Shown piece after piece: positions 8,694-16,978 of a stretch of DNA of 59,462 nt. This DNA comes from a virus (lineage: Duplodnaviria > Caudoviricetes). Location: positions 1-59,462 of IMG/VR virus record IMGVR_UViG_3300042197_001662; one strand, 5' to 3'. The position numbers were made by a program, and so were the translations under genes. Below the pieces are notes generated by a model. That model had not been told where the DNA came from and searched no databases. It was given only the letters and a program-made list of their open reading frames with translations. Position 1 is the first letter of the stretch, and the number at the start of each line of letters is the position of its first letter.

Positions 8694-8915
8694 ATGGATG
8701 CAGGCGCTTCGGGTCTGAGTGTGGATAGCGAATTTGCAATCCATGCTGCGGCCATGGCGATTCGAGAGCTGGATCGTGATGAACTGGAAGAAGCTTTCAT
8801 TGACATGCTTCACCAGAAACTCGTAGACCGTCAGCTGTTCCTCAGCATCCTTAAAGAACACGGCATTGACGCCGACTTCTCCTTCCAATACCAAACGGAA
8901 AGTCAACTTTCTTAA
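8694..8915 (+). CDS. nblA: NblA-like phycobilisome degradation adaptor
   Basis: LSVDSEFAIH....I.ELDRDELEEAFIDMLHQKLV..QLFLSILK follows the NblA pattern LS.EQ.F......V..MS.EQ....L.....Q.M.....Y..LLK; matching size. Confidence 0.65.
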   Translation: MDAGASGLSVDSEFAIHAAAMAIRELDRDELEEAFIDMLHQKLVDRQLFLSILKEHGIDADFSFQYQTESQLS

Positions 8916-8920
8916 TCAAG

Positions 8921-9307
8921 ATGGCAACACGCACGATCAAAGGGACTCTGGATACTTTCCAGGTTGACGCCGGCTCTGAAGTCACCTACCTGGGCAACAC
9001 CTCTGCAGGTAGCACCGGCGGCCTCAACATCCGCGCCTTCAAGGTTAACCCCGGAACCACTGGCGACATCATCGTCAAGCTGGACATTTCCAGTGGTGTG
9101 GACACCATGGAGATTTTTCAGGACGACGATTACTCCGCAGGTAACGCCCCCTCTGGCTACACCAAGTACAGCAACATCGTTAAAAGCGGCAAGGGCAAAG
9201 GTGCTGTGGCTGTGACCGTCAGTAACGCCAGCAAGAACTACGTTGTGTTGCTGCGCCTGGACGGTTATTCTGAGGTGAGCTACACCGGCAGCGTTGTAGT
9301 GCCGTAA
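8921..9307 (+). CDS. Beta-sandwich-like protein, possible virion decoration
   Basis: Strong C-ending codon bias, Gly/Thr/Val-rich beta pattern. Confidence 0.55.
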   Translation: MATRTIKGTLDTFQVDAGSEVTYLGNTSAGSTGGLNIRAFKVNPGTTGDIIVKLDISSGVDTMEIFQDDDYSAGNAPSGYTKYSNIVKSGKGKGAVAVTVSNASKNYVVLLRLDGYSEVSYTGSVVVP

Positions 9308-9363
9308 TTGGCCTATACTGGGCAAAAGATTTTTCCCAGTGTATCACTACGTTTACTGCTCCT

Positions 9364-10098
9364 ATGAACCGTGGGGACGCGTTGGACGATCAATTTAAAC
9401 TTGATCATCCGTTTTTAGATATTGAAACGGTTCGGTTAATTTGTTGCTACACGCCGGCCAGGACTCACTTGGGTTTTGGCCGGTATGCTGCTTATAGGGA
9501 CAGAGGTGACTTCACCTGGCGCATTGGCTACGGCAGCCTCCGCATCGGCAAGCGGTTCGTCCATGGCGGAGATAAAGCCAGCGAACTTCAAATTACAACC
9601 CAGCTGATTGAAGACCTCAAGAATCTGACAGATCTGGTGGTTCCGTGTGTCTACATGCCGATGAACAAAAAGAAGCGTTCAGCCATCATCAGCTACGCTC
9701 ACAGCATTGGCATCAGTGCATTTAAAGAGTGTTATTTAAGAGAACTCATTAATACAAACGCTAGTAAGAACGCCATTATTAAGGAGTGGTCGCCTTACAT
9801 CAACAAACAATATCTCTATGGACCATCGCTTCTAAGGGAGCGCAGGCGGGTGGAGCTGAATTACTACCTGGCACCAGACAAAGAAATTCCAACCTTCTAT
9901 CCCCACCGCTGCGAAGCCAAGCACCAGTGCCTGCTCAACCTGGCGGAAACCTGGCAGCACACGCCAAACCAGATCAAAGCGGTTGAATATCTGGAGCGGA
10001 AGCTTCTCGACTGGGATCCGACAGGAGAGAGCATGCGTCGGTTTTGGCGGTATTGGAATCAGGATCCAGGAGCTTTGGGATCTCCCAAGAACATTTAG
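9364..10098 (+). CDS. Degenerate GH24 lysozyme-like protein
   Basis: AYRD....WRIGYGS, AIISYAHSIG, LRERRRVE follow GH24 layout; catalytic EG motif absent. Confidence 0.6.
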   Translation: MNRGDALDDQFKLDHPFLDIETVRLICCYTPARTHLGFGRYAAYRDRGDFTWRIGYGSLRIGKRFVHGGDKASELQITTQLIEDLKNLTDLVVPCVYMPMNKKKRSAIISYAHSIGISAFKECYLRELINTNASKNAIIKEWSPYINKQYLYGPSLLRERRRVELNYYLAPDKEIPTFYPHRCEAKHQCLLNLAETWQHTPNQIKAVEYLERKLLDWDPTGESMRRFWRYWNQDPGALGSPKNI

Positions 10099-10166
10099 AT
10101 TGGCTCTTGATCCAATCCAACATGTCGATAAGTTGTAATTCAGGGCAGTAATTATGCAGAATCTCG

Positions 10167-10496
10167 TCAGCTCTGTCCATAAATAGGTTGACGTGCTAAA
10201 GCTATCTTAAGAAGCACAAGATAACCAATCAAATCATTGATGACATCTTCATCAGATGCCACAAGGCCTGCACCTTTTTGAATGCGGTTTAATTTATCAT
10301 CAATGCGCACCAGGATTTGCTCTACAGAATCCGCCTTGCTAAAGATTCGGCATGGGGTCAAAGCAGAATCACCGTACTTTTTATTTTTTTCAATCAGAAG
10401 ATTTTTAATATCCTCGCAAATTATGCTGATGTGAGTTGGTGTGTCCAACCAGATCTCATTAGAAAGGTTGAGAATGTAGTTGGTATCTGGCTCCAC
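10167..10496 (-). CDS. Nucleotide-modification-associated domain 1 (DUF1599-like) protein
   Basis: KNKKYGDS...VRIDDKLNRI...DVINDLIGYLVL. Confidence 0.75.
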   Translation of the reverse strand: MEPDTNYILNLSNEIWLDTPTHISIICEDIKNLLIEKNKKYGDSALTPCRIFSKADSVEQILVRIDDKLNRIQKGAGLVASDEDVINDLIGYLVLLKIALARQPIYGQS

Positions 10497-10521
10497 GGTT
10501 TAGATCTGACAGAATGGTGTT

Positions 10522-10818
10522 ATGACACATCATCTTAGCCAAAGCTACGGCGTTGACAACCGTTACCGTGGCCTGGAAGAGGCCCAGGACAACGCCGCTG
10601 GCATGAGATTTTTGTCACAATATATGGAGCGTGGCCGCCAGGGCAAACAGGATGATGTATCTGTTCAGCGACAAGGCGATGATCGTTTTGTGCTCGCTGC
10701 ACAAGGCGGAACAGTTCCAACCACTGCACTCCCCTATGAGCCAAGGGGTGCTGCTTACATCAGCAATACTGACCGGCGGATTGGTTTCCGTAATCTTTTT
10801 CGCGCTCAACCGTCTTAG
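10522..10818 (+). CDS. Hypothetical protein
   Basis: 98 aa; VDNRY and RFLSQY motifs. Confidence 0.55.
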   Translation: MTHHLSQSYGVDNRYRGLEEAQDNAAGMRFLSQYMERGRQGKQDDVSVQRQGDDRFVLAAQGGTVPTTALPYEPRGAAYISNTDRRIGFRNLFRAQPS

Positions 10819-11435
10819 CCAACAATCTTCCCTATATTCGAAAAAATCTCACGGAATCGGTGAGCTGGGTCGAACCCCAGGCTCCGAGGCGGTAGATACA
10901 CAAAAAACCCCCACGTCAGAGGGGCCTGAAACGTAAATAACCGGTCCCCGTGGATTAGGTTGGCACGGTCAGTGGGAATACAAATTGGGTAATCCCACAT
11001 CTCTGTCATCGTGCGGAAGCACTCGTGGTGAGTTGAGAACAATAAACCCTCAGACACATTGCCCAGCTTCCACTCCCGAACCAGCCGCTTGAACCAGGCG
11101 GCGGTTGGTGTCATGGAACCAGATCCTCCTCTCAGGCCCCACTTCCAGGTGCCACGTGGTGCGCTCCAGGAGCATCGGCCATAGGTAGGAGGAAACAGAT
11201 AAACCTTCCCGGTCCACGGAATCTCAGTGTTTAAGCCGTCATCTTCTTTGGTATAGAAATTTCTGGCCCTGAGAAATTGACCGTTTGCTTTTTCTGTGGT
11301 GCAAGGATCAAGATCAATGTCACCAAAAAGCGCATCAATGTAAGGAAGGTAATCGACTGGCGTCAGCCAATCTTCCTCCAGACGCTTGATGAGTTGAGCG
11401 TTTCTAAAACGCTTATAGCTTTCAGATTTAATCAA
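10815..11435 (-). CDS. Phage Dam-type DNA adenine methyltransferase-like protein with altered catalytic motif
   Basis: DWLTP, IDLDPC, FYTKEDDGL..PW.GKVYL-FPPTY (canonical NPPY). Confidence 0.75.
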   Translation of the reverse strand: MIKSESYKRFRNAQLIKRLEEDWLTPVDYLPYIDALFGDIDLDPCTTEKANGQFLRARNFYTKEDDGLNTEIPWTGKVYLFPPTYGRCSWSAPRGTWKWGLRGGSGSMTPTAAWFKRLVREWKLGNVSEGLLFSTHHECFRTMTEMWDYPICIPTDRANLIHGDRLFTFQAPLTWGFFVYLPPRSLGFDPAHRFREIFSNIGKIVG

Positions 11436-11832
11436 CGAAAGCCTCTAAAGCGTTATCTCGTTTGTAATGAATTAAAGACATATACTGCTCATCCTGCAGG
11501 ATAAACAGCGCCTCCTTTTGGATGTCCAGTGATTCTGCCCTGGCGATGGCCTTCTGCATCACGTCCGCCGGCCCCTCCATGTCCCGGTCACGGAAGTCCT
11601 TAAGGGCGGTCATCAGGCAGGAGACCGTCAGATAGAACATAGTGTCCTCATCGTTCTCCGCCCGTGGCGCATAAATAATCGCGCCAGGTCCCTCCTGGGC
11701 ATAGAACTTGTCATAGAAGTCGCACATGTCCGCACAGATCCGCTCGATCACCAGCTGCGTCATGCGGCGCTCGGCTTCAGTCGGATTCGCTTTGCTCAGG
11801 TGTCGAAGTAGTTTCGTGCGGCGGTCTGTCAT
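11428..11832 (-). CDS. Hypothetical protein
   Basis: 134 aa ORF in minus-strand operon. Confidence 0.65.
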   Translation of the reverse strand: MTDRRTKLLRHLSKANPTEAERRMTQLVIERICADMCDFYDKFYAQEGPGAIIYAPRAENDEDTMFYLTVSCLMTALKDFRDRDMEGPADVMQKAIARAESLDIQKEALFILQDEQYMSLIHYKRDNALEAFVD

Positions 11833-12382
11833 TGTTCTTAATAAATTGCCCTAAACCAGAGCGCTGAAGGGTTGCGCGGATCTTATCAAGTGGTTGATAG
11901 ATGACAACCATCTTCTGCATGTTACCAACTTTCTTAATGAGCTTTCCTCGCTCATCTTTCAACTTGGTCAGCTCACCCTGGCGGATTAGATATTCAGCAA
12001 CACAACGATAGCGTCTTTTTGTTGCTAAATCGATATCGGGAAACCGCTCACAAATTGTGGCAGGCCGCATATCGCTAAACGTAATCCGAATTTGATCCGC
12101 CAACGACAAACCCAGAATCAAGTCATTGGTTGAGGTCTCATAGCTCCTGACCAGCTCCAGGTAGCGCCTGAGGTCCGGTGTCTCGAAACTTCCTGACGGC
12201 GGCAGGAACATCTCCACCTGCCTGGCGAGGCTCGGGGTCAGCAGGTCCTTATGATTTTCAACGGTCACATCCTCGATCACCAGGCTACTGAAGCGATAAC
12301 TCAGGTACTTACTGGGCTCTTGAGGGATGTACTCCTCAAAATCCAGCTCATCCTCCGATTCAAGCAACGCTTCTGGATCCAT
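11777..12382 (-). CDS. Hypothetical protein, basic C-half (possible DNA binding)
   Basis: 201 aa ORF in operon. Confidence 0.65.
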   Translation of the reverse strand: MDPEALLESEDELDFEEYIPQEPSKYLSYRFSSLVIEDVTVENHKDLLTPSLARQVEMFLPPSGSFETPDLRRYLELVRSYETSTNDLILGLSLADQIRITFSDMRPATICERFPDIDLATKRRYRCVAEYLIRQGELTKLKDERGKLIKKVGNMQKMVVIYQPLDKIRATLQRSGLGQFIKNNDRPPHETTSTPEQSESD

Positions 12383-12389
12383 CTGGACC

Positions 12390-12668
12390 TTATTTTGTAC
12401 CCTGTTGTTCGCGTAGTTTAACGTTTTTTGTGGCTTCGGCCCACTGTCTTTCGTGATCCAGCAGTAGAACCAGCTCGTAATATGTCCGCACTGGCTCCAT
12501 GTGATCCGACAACTTTGTCATGGACCTCCACTGGCTTCCGTAACGTTCTTGTAAGCTTTTAATGCACTTACTTTCAGAGCCGCCATAATTCTGTGCCTCC
12601 CACAGGGCTTCTGCAAATAAACGCTGCTGGTTAGTCATCAGCGTGAATTTGAGAACCTCGGTGGACAC
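12390..12668 (-). CDS. Hypothetical protein
   Basis: GTG 12668 preferred because it avoids overlap with divergent 12717..12848. Confidence 0.5.
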   Translation of the reverse strand: MSTEVLKFTLMTNQQRLFAEALWEAQNYGGSESKCIKSLQERYGSQWRSMTKLSDHMEPVRTYYELVLLLDHERQWAEATKNVKLREQQGTK

Positions 12669-12716
12669 CTTACGGAGAAGTTGGCTAAACTCCTCAATAT
12701 AAGGACTACACGATTC

Positions 12717-12848
12717 ATGCGAAGACCCATCACTTACGCAGAACTTTTGCTGATCCTGGTCCTCGGCCCCCTTGGGGTCATTGGTGTCCAGCACTTAGCG
12801 GGGTTCATCAACGATAGAATCACTATAGAGATTCATGTTAAAAAGTAA
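12717..12848 (+). CDS. Small single-TM peptide (below ORF-track cutoff)
   Basis: MRRPITYAELLLILVLGPLGVIGVQHLAGFINDRITIEIHVKK*, ends 5 nt before next ATG. Confidence 0.55.
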   Translation: MRRPITYAELLLILVLGPLGVIGVQHLAGFINDRITIEIHVKK

Positions 12849-12853
12849 ACGAT

Positions 12854-13219
12854 ATGGGCGGATCTCCAGGAACGGCACCCACCATGATGATGCCGGCGCC
12901 GACGCCACCTCCCACCCTGTACCGCTCCGTTATCCCGGAAGAGGACTACGAGCGCGTTGCAGAACGCATGAAGCGAATCGATGCAGCTACTAAAGAAGCC
13001 CTGGCTCGACGCGACGCCATGGTCGGTACCCCTACTGATATCGCTAAACGTACTGCTCAGCGTGATGTGCTTACTGCTGCTGCGTACCAGTCAGCTTTAC
13101 CTACAGGTGAGGGCACTGGAAAGTACGATGCAGTGAAGGCAGCTGCCGCTCAGGCCCTGGAGCTAGCTAAGGCCCGTAAGGAAGAGGTCGATAAACAACT
13201 GCCGATGTCGTCAACCTAA
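12854..13219 (+). CDS. Hypothetical Ala-rich helical protein
   Basis: 121 aa; MGG start, Pro-rich leader. Confidence 0.6.
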   Translation: MGGSPGTAPTMMMPAPTPPPTLYRSVIPEEDYERVAERMKRIDAATKEALARRDAMVGTPTDIAKRTAQRDVLTAAAYQSALPTGEGTGKYDAVKAAAAQALELAKARKEEVDKQLPMSST

Positions 13220-13476
13220 CTGAGGACCTCAGGTTCGGCGCTACCTTCATAAGAAACGGGAAGAGGTTTGTGGTCAAAGCCATCAACCTCCTCATTTTCA
13301 GGCTGCGCTACCCAGTCTTCATACACGTCCTGGAAGATGCCGTAGTCATCAGCCGGAATCAGCATGAGCGACTCACCGCTTTCTAACTGAATGCGGTAAT
13401 GGACGTGATTGTCGGCACAGTCATCGATAACTTCTTCGAACCTGGCCTCGAAATCGTTAGCGGTGATGACCTTCAT
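13216..13476 (-). CDS. Phd/YefM-family antitoxin-like protein (orphan)
   Basis: MKVITANDFEARFEEVIDD......YRI..E.GE..MLIP.DDY matches the Phd N-terminal pattern; acidic tail. Confidence 0.7.
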   Translation of the reverse strand: MKVITANDFEARFEEVIDDCADNHVHYRIQLESGESLMLIPADDYGIFQDVYEDWVAQPENEEVDGFDHKPLPVSYEGSAEPEVLS

Positions 13477-13512
13477 TGAACCGATAAAGCTCTAATAAGC
13501 CTAGCAGATTTT

Positions 13513-14199
13513 TTAACCGAGAACAGTGAAGAGGTCTGAACCAAAATCAATAATTTCGTCGACACTTTCTGTAATCAAATCAAAGTCTAAAGATTCTTCT
13601 ATATCTTCTGCCACAAATCTCCAGTCCGTTAAGAACGATTCAATCGTGATGGAGTAAGTAGTTTCTAGGTAACGGATATCATTTGTAATTAAGATGATGT
13701 ACGTACCTGGAGCCAGCACTTCTGATGGATAGTCGTCCCCATTGACGCTTTCATCATCGTCATAATTGATTCCGGTTTCCTTATAAACGTAACCATTGTT
13801 GTTAATGGGTAGCTCCCTGCGGTACGTACCATTCTCAACAACATAAAAAGAAAGCAGAGTGTTCCTATTAGTGTTAGATGTTAATGCAAATTGGCTGTAA
13901 TTTTGTGTAAATTGGATGGCACGGGGCTTTAATAATTTGAGTTTATAAAACGTCGATTGTTTGCGGCTTAAGCCACCGTGCGCATTATTTAACGTCAGTG
14001 TTCTAAATACAGACGTAAAATCGCCTAAATCAATCGGCGTGTTAATTGAATCCCCTGCCTGCGCTGGCAGAGGATCACTTCCAAAATAACTTGTGGGACC
14101 GTATGCAGTAGGACCAGTTCCGCCAGTGGGGTAGGACTCTACTGTTCCTAAATTGACGTAACCTAAATTAGTCGGCAGTGTCGTTAAAAACCTGGCCAT
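13513..14199 (-). CDS. Putative virion structural protein
   Basis: GDSINTPIDLG, LAPGTYII beta-sandwich-like segments; C-terminal DF-repeat tail; AT-rich. Confidence 0.5.
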   Translation of the reverse strand: MARFLTTLPTNLGYVNLGTVESYPTGGTGPTAYGPTSYFGSDPLPAQAGDSINTPIDLGDFTSVFRTLTLNNAHGGLSRKQSTFYKLKLLKPRAIQFTQNYSQFALTSNTNRNTLLSFYVVENGTYRRELPINNNGYVYKETGINYDDDESVNGDDYPSEVLAPGTYIILITNDIRYLETTYSITIESFLTDWRFVAEDIEESLDFDLITESVDEIIDFGSDLFTVLG

Positions 14200-14497
14200 C
14201 GCACATATTTAAACCAGTGTACAAGCCGTTTGTACGACCACTGGCTTGATACTTTTCTTCCATTATTGTAGCGCGCTCCGGATACATGCCTTCCATCTCC
14301 AGTGTTTCAATCAACTCATAGCTGAGAGATTTCTCCAAACACCGCAGCTCAAGCAAAGCTTCCTCCTTGGTGGGGAAATAAGAAGTCTGCTTTACAGTAC
14401 CGCCGACATAAACGGAACCTGCATACTTAGGGTTCTTTAGGTGGTAGCAGCTAGGTAGAACCTGGCTGGTCTTTTGGGTCGGCTTTGAAGTATCCAT
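14168..14497 (-). CDS. Hypothetical protein with GR..LYTGL motif
   Basis: Y...GRTNGLYTGL shared with 22229..22411. Confidence 0.6.
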   Translation of the reverse strand: MDTSKPTQKTSQVLPSCYHLKNPKYAGSVYVGGTVKQTSYFPTKEEALLELRCLEKSLSYELIETLEMEGMYPERATIMEEKYQASGRTNGLYTGLNMCDGQVFNDTAD

Positions 14498-15038
14498 AAT
14501 TCAGCTGAACTTTTTCAATTTTAGTTGGCTCAGGTATTGATATTAGCTGGCTTAAACGCAGGTGGAGTGGGTTGCAGCACAGAATGTCGCAGCCCGGTTT
14601 GTGCAGAATTTTGTGCTTACCGGTGTAACCACGGGCAGTCCAGAACGCCACCCGAGCTGCAGACTGCATCGTCCCTTTGTGGAAGGGGCTTGGCATGTAG
14701 GCGGCTGTTTCTGTGTTGCCCTTCCGCGTGGCACCGGTCCAATGCCAGCACTCATCTGTGCCTTTGATGTCCACCTTGAGCCAGAAGTTACGGACTGTCC
14801 AATAGGTGTTGAAATCAAAGTTGCAGACATCGATGGTGCACCTGCCCTTCTTGATTTCCTCCATGCAGTCCAGGCAGTCTCCCATGAGTCCAAAGTTGCC
14901 TTTATGTACCATGTTGCCCTTGTGGTGCCAGGGGCAGCAGAGATCCTTGTGTTGATCCATTCTTTCTTGAACCTTCTTGGTAAGGGCCGGAGCTGAGGTA
15001 AGGATTTCTTGAATCCTTTGTTCCAGATCAACCGTCAT
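14451..15038 (-). CDS. His-Me finger (His-Cys box-like) protein
   Basis: FWLKVD..GTDECWHWTGA..SAARVAF..ILH...C...CCNPLHL; N-terminal C/H-rich Zn motif; ATG 15038. Confidence 0.7.
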   Translation of the reverse strand: MTVDLEQRIQEILTSAPALTKKVQERMDQHKDLCCPWHHKGNMVHKGNFGLMGDCLDCMEEIKKGRCTIDVCNFDFNTYWTVRNFWLKVDIKGTDECWHWTGATRKGNTETAAYMPSPFHKGTMQSAARVAFWTARGYTGKHKILHKPGCDILCCNPLHLRLSQLISIPEPTKIEKVQLNYGYFKADPKDQPGST

Positions 15039-15531
15039 AGGACTGACCCCGGCAGATGCGACCGACGACGTGTGTAGGCAGTCTATAGAGGCTTGCCAAC
15101 TTGGCATACGTCCAGCGCCTAGGGTCTTCCTCCCGCTTCGATTTAATCTCATTAATAATTTTGAGACTTAATTTGAGACCAGATCTGCGTTGATGTTCCA
15201 ACCGCACGTCAGCCCTGGTGCCATAGAAGTAGTGGTTGGGGTTAACGCAGTGCGGTGACTTGCAGATGTGACGCCTCACGATGACCGGCTTGAGGTCGTC
15301 ATAAAACTGATCCACCAGTGCCAAACTTAAGACTCGTGCGTCTCGACCTTTGAATTGAGGCCTGCTGGGGTGGGTCACGGTAAAGCTTTCCAGTACGGAG
15401 TAGTCCGCTGCTTTGACGCACCAGCAGGATTCTTTACCGACAACTTCTTGAAATACGTTCAAAGCAGTTGCAAAAGCGATCAAATCTTCTGTAGATAGAT
15501 ATTCATCCCGGAAGATTGTGACGTAATCCAT
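15028..15531 (-). CDS. His-Me finger protein with C-terminal HTH
   Basis: SCW..., RRHICKSPHCVNPNH...GT; TYAKLASLYRLPTHVVGRICRG HTH. Confidence 0.7.
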   Translation of the reverse strand: MDYVTIFRDEYLSTEDLIAFATALNVFQEVVGKESCWCVKAADYSVLESFTVTHPSRPQFKGRDARVLSLALVDQFYDDLKPVIVRRHICKSPHCVNPNHYFYGTRADVRLEHQRRSGLKLSLKIINEIKSKREEDPRRWTYAKLASLYRLPTHVVGRICRGQSYDG

Positions 15532-15580
15532 GATAAATCTTGCAGGGGAAGCCCAGGATAGGCCAAGAACCCAGTCGTGT

Positions 15581-15785
15581 CAAGGGTGAATTGGGACTGC
15601 CAAAAACGACAAAAAAAGCCCATATTTCATTCTATAGAGATTATTTGTTGTCCTTAGGTGTACGTTCCTAATTGTACTGATACATAGAACGGACACCTTG
15701 GGACCACAGTTACTTTCCCTTAAATAAAAAGTCCCTTTATTTTGGAAATTTTGGCAGTCCCTACACAACACTACCAAAACCCTTG
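15581..15785. repeat. Nested inverted repeats flanking an AT-rich intergenic core
   Basis: GGGACTGCCAAAA 15593-15605 / TTTTGGCAGTCCC 15749-15761 (perfect 13 bp); outer CAAGGGT 15581-15587 / ACCCTTG 15779-15785. Confidence 0.8.
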
Positions 15786-15821
15786 TGGCACAACGCCTCT
15801 CAAATCAAGTCCAGCTGAGAC

Positions 15822-16028
15822 TCAGTCACCCCTGCAGGCATCAGAAACTGTTTTGAAGTATTCCTCATAAGTTTCGGCACATGTTTGGGCGCAGTGCCAT
15901 GGCTCCGTGTACCTACATAGCGATCCGGAGCTATTACAAACTCGATAAACCTGATTACCGTGACTATCAAAACCAAATTCAATCGTGGTCCCGTTCGGGT
16001 AAGTGGTAATGATGTCCATCAAATTCAT
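15822..16028 (-). CDS. Small Cys-containing protein, homologue of 20140..20325
   Basis: NG........G...YR.C...S.CRY.E shared. Confidence 0.6.
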   Translation of the reverse strand: MNLMDIITTYPNGTTIEFGFDSHGNQVYRVCNSSGSLCRYTEPWHCAQTCAETYEEYFKTVSDACRGD

Positions 16029-16069
16029 TGGTCAGTGTTACTATTGTAAGAAAGGATTGTTGTAAACAA

Positions 16070-16978
16070 GTGGCTGGTTTTAATCCTCACGGCGGGAAGC
16101 GTGGACCCAAAGGTTTCGATATCCCAGCTGCTGTTGGCGGTTTCTTTGCTGACCGTGGCCTTAGGTTTGGCATTCCTGCTGGACGCTCAGCCCAAGCAGG
16201 CCAGCTGACCCAGTACAATCCCCCTGGATTTGATCCCAATAAACCAGTTACTGGAGCGGATCTGCTTCAGAGTGTTCGTGCCGTTGTTGGTGCTGACATC
16301 GGTGGTGATGGACGCAGCGACGAAGCCCGTGCTTTGGCGTCTCAATATGCGCCCAAACCGTTCCCAATGACACAAGAGGGTCAGTTTGATCGTTACTTCA
16401 AGACCCCCGAGATGGATTACGTTTTTGGCGCCCAGACTGGTAAGGGTCCAAAGACAGCAGCTGAGATGGTGACTTTAGGCACTCAGCGTCAAGCTCCGAC
16501 CACGGCTCCTTTATCTGATTACTACCGCTCCCAGAGTGCATTGGGCCGCGTCAATCAGGAAGAAATCCAGAAGATGTATGCAGATCGTCCTGACCTGCAG
16601 AAGTGGGCAGCTGCTAATCCGATGCTGGCCCAACGGGAGTACATCAAGCGTCAAGGTGGTCGCCCCCTGGCGCCGGACCAAGAAACTGTGATGGGTGATC
16701 TGGGAAGTCGAGCCCAAAGTGAGACAGGTTATACACCTGAAGCCTTTGGTATGCCTGCCAACCCTGTGCCCCCGACTCAGCAACCTGGTCCTGGTGGCAT
16801 GGATCAAGGTTCACGCGTTAGCTACTTCCGTGGTAGCGAGAACATCGCACCTCTTCAGGCGATGAAGACGACCGGAGAGGGGATGCCTGCATTCTCAACA
16901 ACCAGTGGATCCCTGAGTGATGCCGCCGATGCATTTGTTAAGGCAATGAAAACCAAGTCTGGAGCTTTCGGGTCATGA
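16070..16978 (+). CDS. Pro/Gly/Gln-rich protein, possible internal virion protein
   Basis: About 300 aa, low complexity; GTG 16070 preferred. Confidence 0.55.
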   Translation: MAGFNPHGGKRGPKGFDIPAAVGGFFADRGLRFGIPAGRSAQAGQLTQYNPPGFDPNKPVTGADLLQSVRAVVGADIGGDGRSDEARALASQYAPKPFPMTQEGQFDRYFKTPEMDYVFGAQTGKGPKTAAEMVTLGTQRQAPTTAPLSDYYRSQSALGRVNQEEIQKMYADRPDLQKWAAANPMLAQREYIKRQGGRPLAPDQETVMGDLGSRAQSETGYTPEAFGMPANPVPPTQQPGPGGMDQGSRVSYFRGSENIAPLQAMKTTGEGMPAFSTTSGSLSDAADAFVKAMKTKSGAFGS

